A stretch of 64,000 nt of DNA, taken from the IMG/VR virus record IMGVR_UViG_3300045988_115476; one strand, written 5' to 3'. Each line of letters opens with the position of its first letter. Within the stretch, counting starts at the first letter, position 1. This DNA is from a virus. This document shows, piece after piece, positions 62,164 through 64,000 of this stretch. Below the pieces are notes generated by a model. It had not been told where the DNA came from. It did not search any database and saw only the letters and a list, made by a program, of their open reading frames with translations. The translations under genes and the position numbers were made by a program.

Positions 62164-62197
62164 CAAAATTGCACAAATCTTCAAAAGTGTGCAATTT
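62164..62197. promoter_or_regulatory. operator-like perfect dyad (copy 2)
   Basis: AAATTGCACA (62166-62175), a 12-nt spacer, then TGTGCAATTT (62188-62197). The 12-mer CAAAATTGCACA is shared with 43825. Confidence 0.45.
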
Positions 62198-62319
62198 CTG
62201 ATTATACGGACTGATTGAAATTACCAAATACCTTATTTCGTTTTATGTCTATTTAAGTGGCGGGGGATGCGTGAGCACCTCTCGCCATGCTTTTAGTATG
62301 CTCGTACTAAAGAACATGT

Positions 62320-62369
62320 TAGCCAAAACGCCGTTTCCTTAACACGTTTCATGCAACATGTTAAGGAAA
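62320..62369 (-). terminator. terminator downstream of the integrase gene
   Basis: TTTCCTTAACA (62334-62344) pairs with TGTTAAGGAAA (62359-62369). On the minus strand it is followed by CGGCGTTTTGGC. Confidence 0.5.
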
Positions 62370-62437
62370 TGACATTTTGTTAACATGATAACTCAAACAG
62401 ATTACACCTTGCCATGGTTGTGATTAGTGTTTACCTC

Positions 62438-63643
62438 CTAATCGGTCCTGCTTAGGGCCAAGTCGGCATTGAGCGCATTGATAACTTTCCTGTTGGCCTC
62501 ATCTATCTTTCGGTTGTCGAAATTGATGTATAGGTCAGTTGTCGTCGAATCCCATTCGCTATGGCCGAGGGCCTTTCCTATCACCTCCTTCGGAATGTCA
62601 AGGCTGGCCGCTATCGTGGCCCATGAACGCCTGGCCGTGTACCACACAATATCATCGTGCAATGGCTTCAACTGCTTCTTGATAAGTGCGCCCCTGCGAT
62701 TCTTCACCAATTCTACCTTTCCTATCCTCTTGATGTAGTCTCCAAGCCGTCGCTTGAAACTCGACAACTTTGTGCCATCATCCAGGAAACGAACAAGATG
62801 CTTCGTACCATGGTACTTGTTGATAATCTCCAGGGCCTCGGGCTCTACCTTGATGTCGTACAGACGGCCCGTCTTCTTGCGTCGATATACAATGCGTCCG
62901 TGCTTGATAGCATTCGCTGGCAGCTCAAGAAGGTCAGAAAGATTGATGCCGATAAGATAGAATCCGAGCAGGAACATGTCACGGTACTTCTCCATGAAAT
63001 CCTCTACCTCAATGTCTCTGTATTCGCGCATCTCCTCTATGGATAGGTACAGAAACTTTTGTCGTTCCGTCTTGATGGTGAACTTGCGGAACGGGTAATT
63101 CTTCGTTTCCTCGTTGTCTATGGCCCAGTTGAATACGGCCCGCATGTTGCGGAAGTCAATGGCAATTCCATTCATCTTGCGGCCACGCATGATTTCGTGT
63201 GCCAAGAAACCGTCAAGCCACCTACGGTCAATATCATCGATCAATGCCTTTTCGTCGTACATGACCAGCCGCTTTCTCGTAGTCTCATAGATACCACGGG
63301 TGCTTTCGTTGGTCTTTGTCTCCATAAACTCCTCGAAGTAGTGGACGAGTGATTGTCCCGACTGAGGCTCCTCGCCGTTAATGATAGCTTTGATATTGCG
63401 CCTCATCAACTCGAAGGGTTCATTCAGGTGTTTCTCCATATATGCGTCTATGGAGGAATAGAGACTTGCAAGGCGTGCCGTCTTTGCCGTACTGTTTGGC
63501 GTACTGTTTGGAAACACGAGGCCCGAGAATTTTTCGCTACTCCTCATGCCAGTACTTACTTGGAATCTTTTCTTCTTGTAAGAAATAATGAAGTACACAC
63601 AATTCGTCTTTCCATCGACGTATGGCTTAATGCTCGTTATCAT
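62438..63643 (-). CDS. int: tyrosine integrase (Bacteroidota phage-integrase type)
   Basis: Has an N-terminal SAM-like domain and a catalytic region: ...RIVYRRKKTG..., YTARRSWATIAA, ALGHSEWDSTTTDLYINF. Confidence 0.85.
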   Translation of the reverse strand: MITSIKPYVDGKTNCVYFIISYKKKRFQVSTGMRSSEKFSGLVFPNSTPNSTAKTARLASLYSSIDAYMEKHLNEPFELMRRNIKAIINGEEPQSGQSLVHYFEEFMETKTNESTRGIYETTRKRLVMYDEKALIDDIDRRWLDGFLAHEIMRGRKMNGIAIDFRNMRAVFNWAIDNEETKNYPFRKFTIKTERQKFLYLSIEEMREYRDIEVEDFMEKYRDMFLLGFYLIGINLSDLLELPANAIKHGRIVYRRKKTGRLYDIKVEPEALEIINKYHGTKHLVRFLDDGTKLSSFKRRLGDYIKRIGKVELVKNRRGALIKKQLKPLHDDIVWYTARRSWATIAASLDIPKEVIGKALGHSEWDSTTTDLYINFDNRKIDEANRKVINALNADLALSRTD

Positions 63644-63689
63644 AATTTATACAGGTGTTTTTTCACTGATAATCAAACCTGCCGTTTTT

Positions 63690-63950
63690 TACTCACAGAT
63701 TTACCCACAAAATCGCCAGATTTAGCCACGTTTATGATGGGTTATTTGCCAAATTTTCCGTATGAATATAGCTGTTTTCTGATTTCTTTTTTACAGAGAA
63801 ATTTTGTAAGGTGTTGATTTTCAGTGTATTCCTGCTAAAGAGCGGAATACGGGAGTCGAACCCGCCTCCTCGGCTTGGGAAGTTTTTACGTCTCCCGAAA
63901 ATACGCTTATTACCAGGGGTTTACGTTATCAATAGAATACCTACTCACAG
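63690..63950. other. att region: tRNA-3'-half core (63841-63885, tRNA sense on the minus strand) flanked by direct arm-type repeats
   Basis: The minus strand reads CTTCCCAAGCCGAGGAGGCGGGTTCGACTCCCGTATTCCGCT. TACTCACAG occurs at 63690-63698 and 63942-63950. No matching 5' acceptor strand lies to the right. Confidence 0.5.
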
Positions 63951-64000
63951 TTTGCTCACACCTCGTGCGAACGACTTTGGAAAGCGTACATGGAGTAAGA

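Noticed and set aside
62041-62212. A possible remnant of another methyltransferase N-terminus (ELAERIVRLLPKRTHLVDLFCEE...) after the last TRD cassette.
   Set aside because: The resemblance to a motif-I region is weak. The frame has no convincing start, and it overlaps the operator-like dyad. This is too little evidence to annotate.
1-64000. Genome-wide stop-codon reassignment, as in TAG- or TGA-recoded Bacteroidota phages. It was suggested by the in-frame TAG at 998 and TAA at 59215 and by the tRNA-like fragments.
   Set aside because: The late genes are fully open under the standard code: 2302, 1617, 2047, 888 and 504 codons with no internal stop of any kind. The two in-frame stops use different codons. 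None of the tRNA-like elements folds into a complete tRNA with a suppressor anticodon. Local pseudogenisation or leaky stops fit better.

Overview
The window reads as one contiguous segment, over 64 kb, of a temperate siphovirus-like phage or prophage. The host is probably Bacteroidota, because Bacteroides-type -7 promoter boxes (TAnnTTTG) recur and a tyrosine integrase sits beside a tRNA-3'-half att core at the right edge. Layout: (1) 1-3.9 kb, plus-strand auxiliary genes: an SPFH tail, an interrupted RlmN/Cfr-like radical SAM gene, an ASCH-like gene and dUTPase. (2) 4.0-26.35 kb, a long leftward late operon: intein-bearing TerL, portal, 1617-aa and 2302-aa tail/receptor-binding giants, small proteins, then holin, a lysin candidate and a spanin. 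(3) 26.5-38.5 kb, a rightward late operon: scaffold, capsid, tail, a chaperone with a -1 slippery site, and a 2047-aa tape measure. (4) 38.6-43.0 kb, leftward early genes including a DnaA-C-like HTH protein and a RuvC-like resolvase. (5) 43.05-44.7 kb, a gene-free control and origin-like region. (6) 44.7-54.5 kb, small rightward accessory genes, a serine recombinase, a secreted DUF4468-like moron and a Bro-N antirepressor. (7) 54.5-56.3 kb, a gene-free RNA/repeat island. (8) 56.3-62.1 kb, a composite regulator plus a methyltransferase island. (9) 62.4-63.95 kb, the integrase and att site. The most unusual items are: a circularly permuted C5-cytosine methyltransferase surrounded by at least 11 mini target-recognition-domain cassettes, one gated by a G9 tract; a family of covarying GNRA-capped terminator hairpins with phased AACYGTT boxes and tRNA-like fragments; a three-copy pairing switch in front of the antirepressor start codon; and a TerL P-loop intein with class-3 (WCT) hallmarks. 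All protein family calls come from motif recognition by eye, with no searches run. Coordinates of RNA and DNA motifs were read directly from the sequence.
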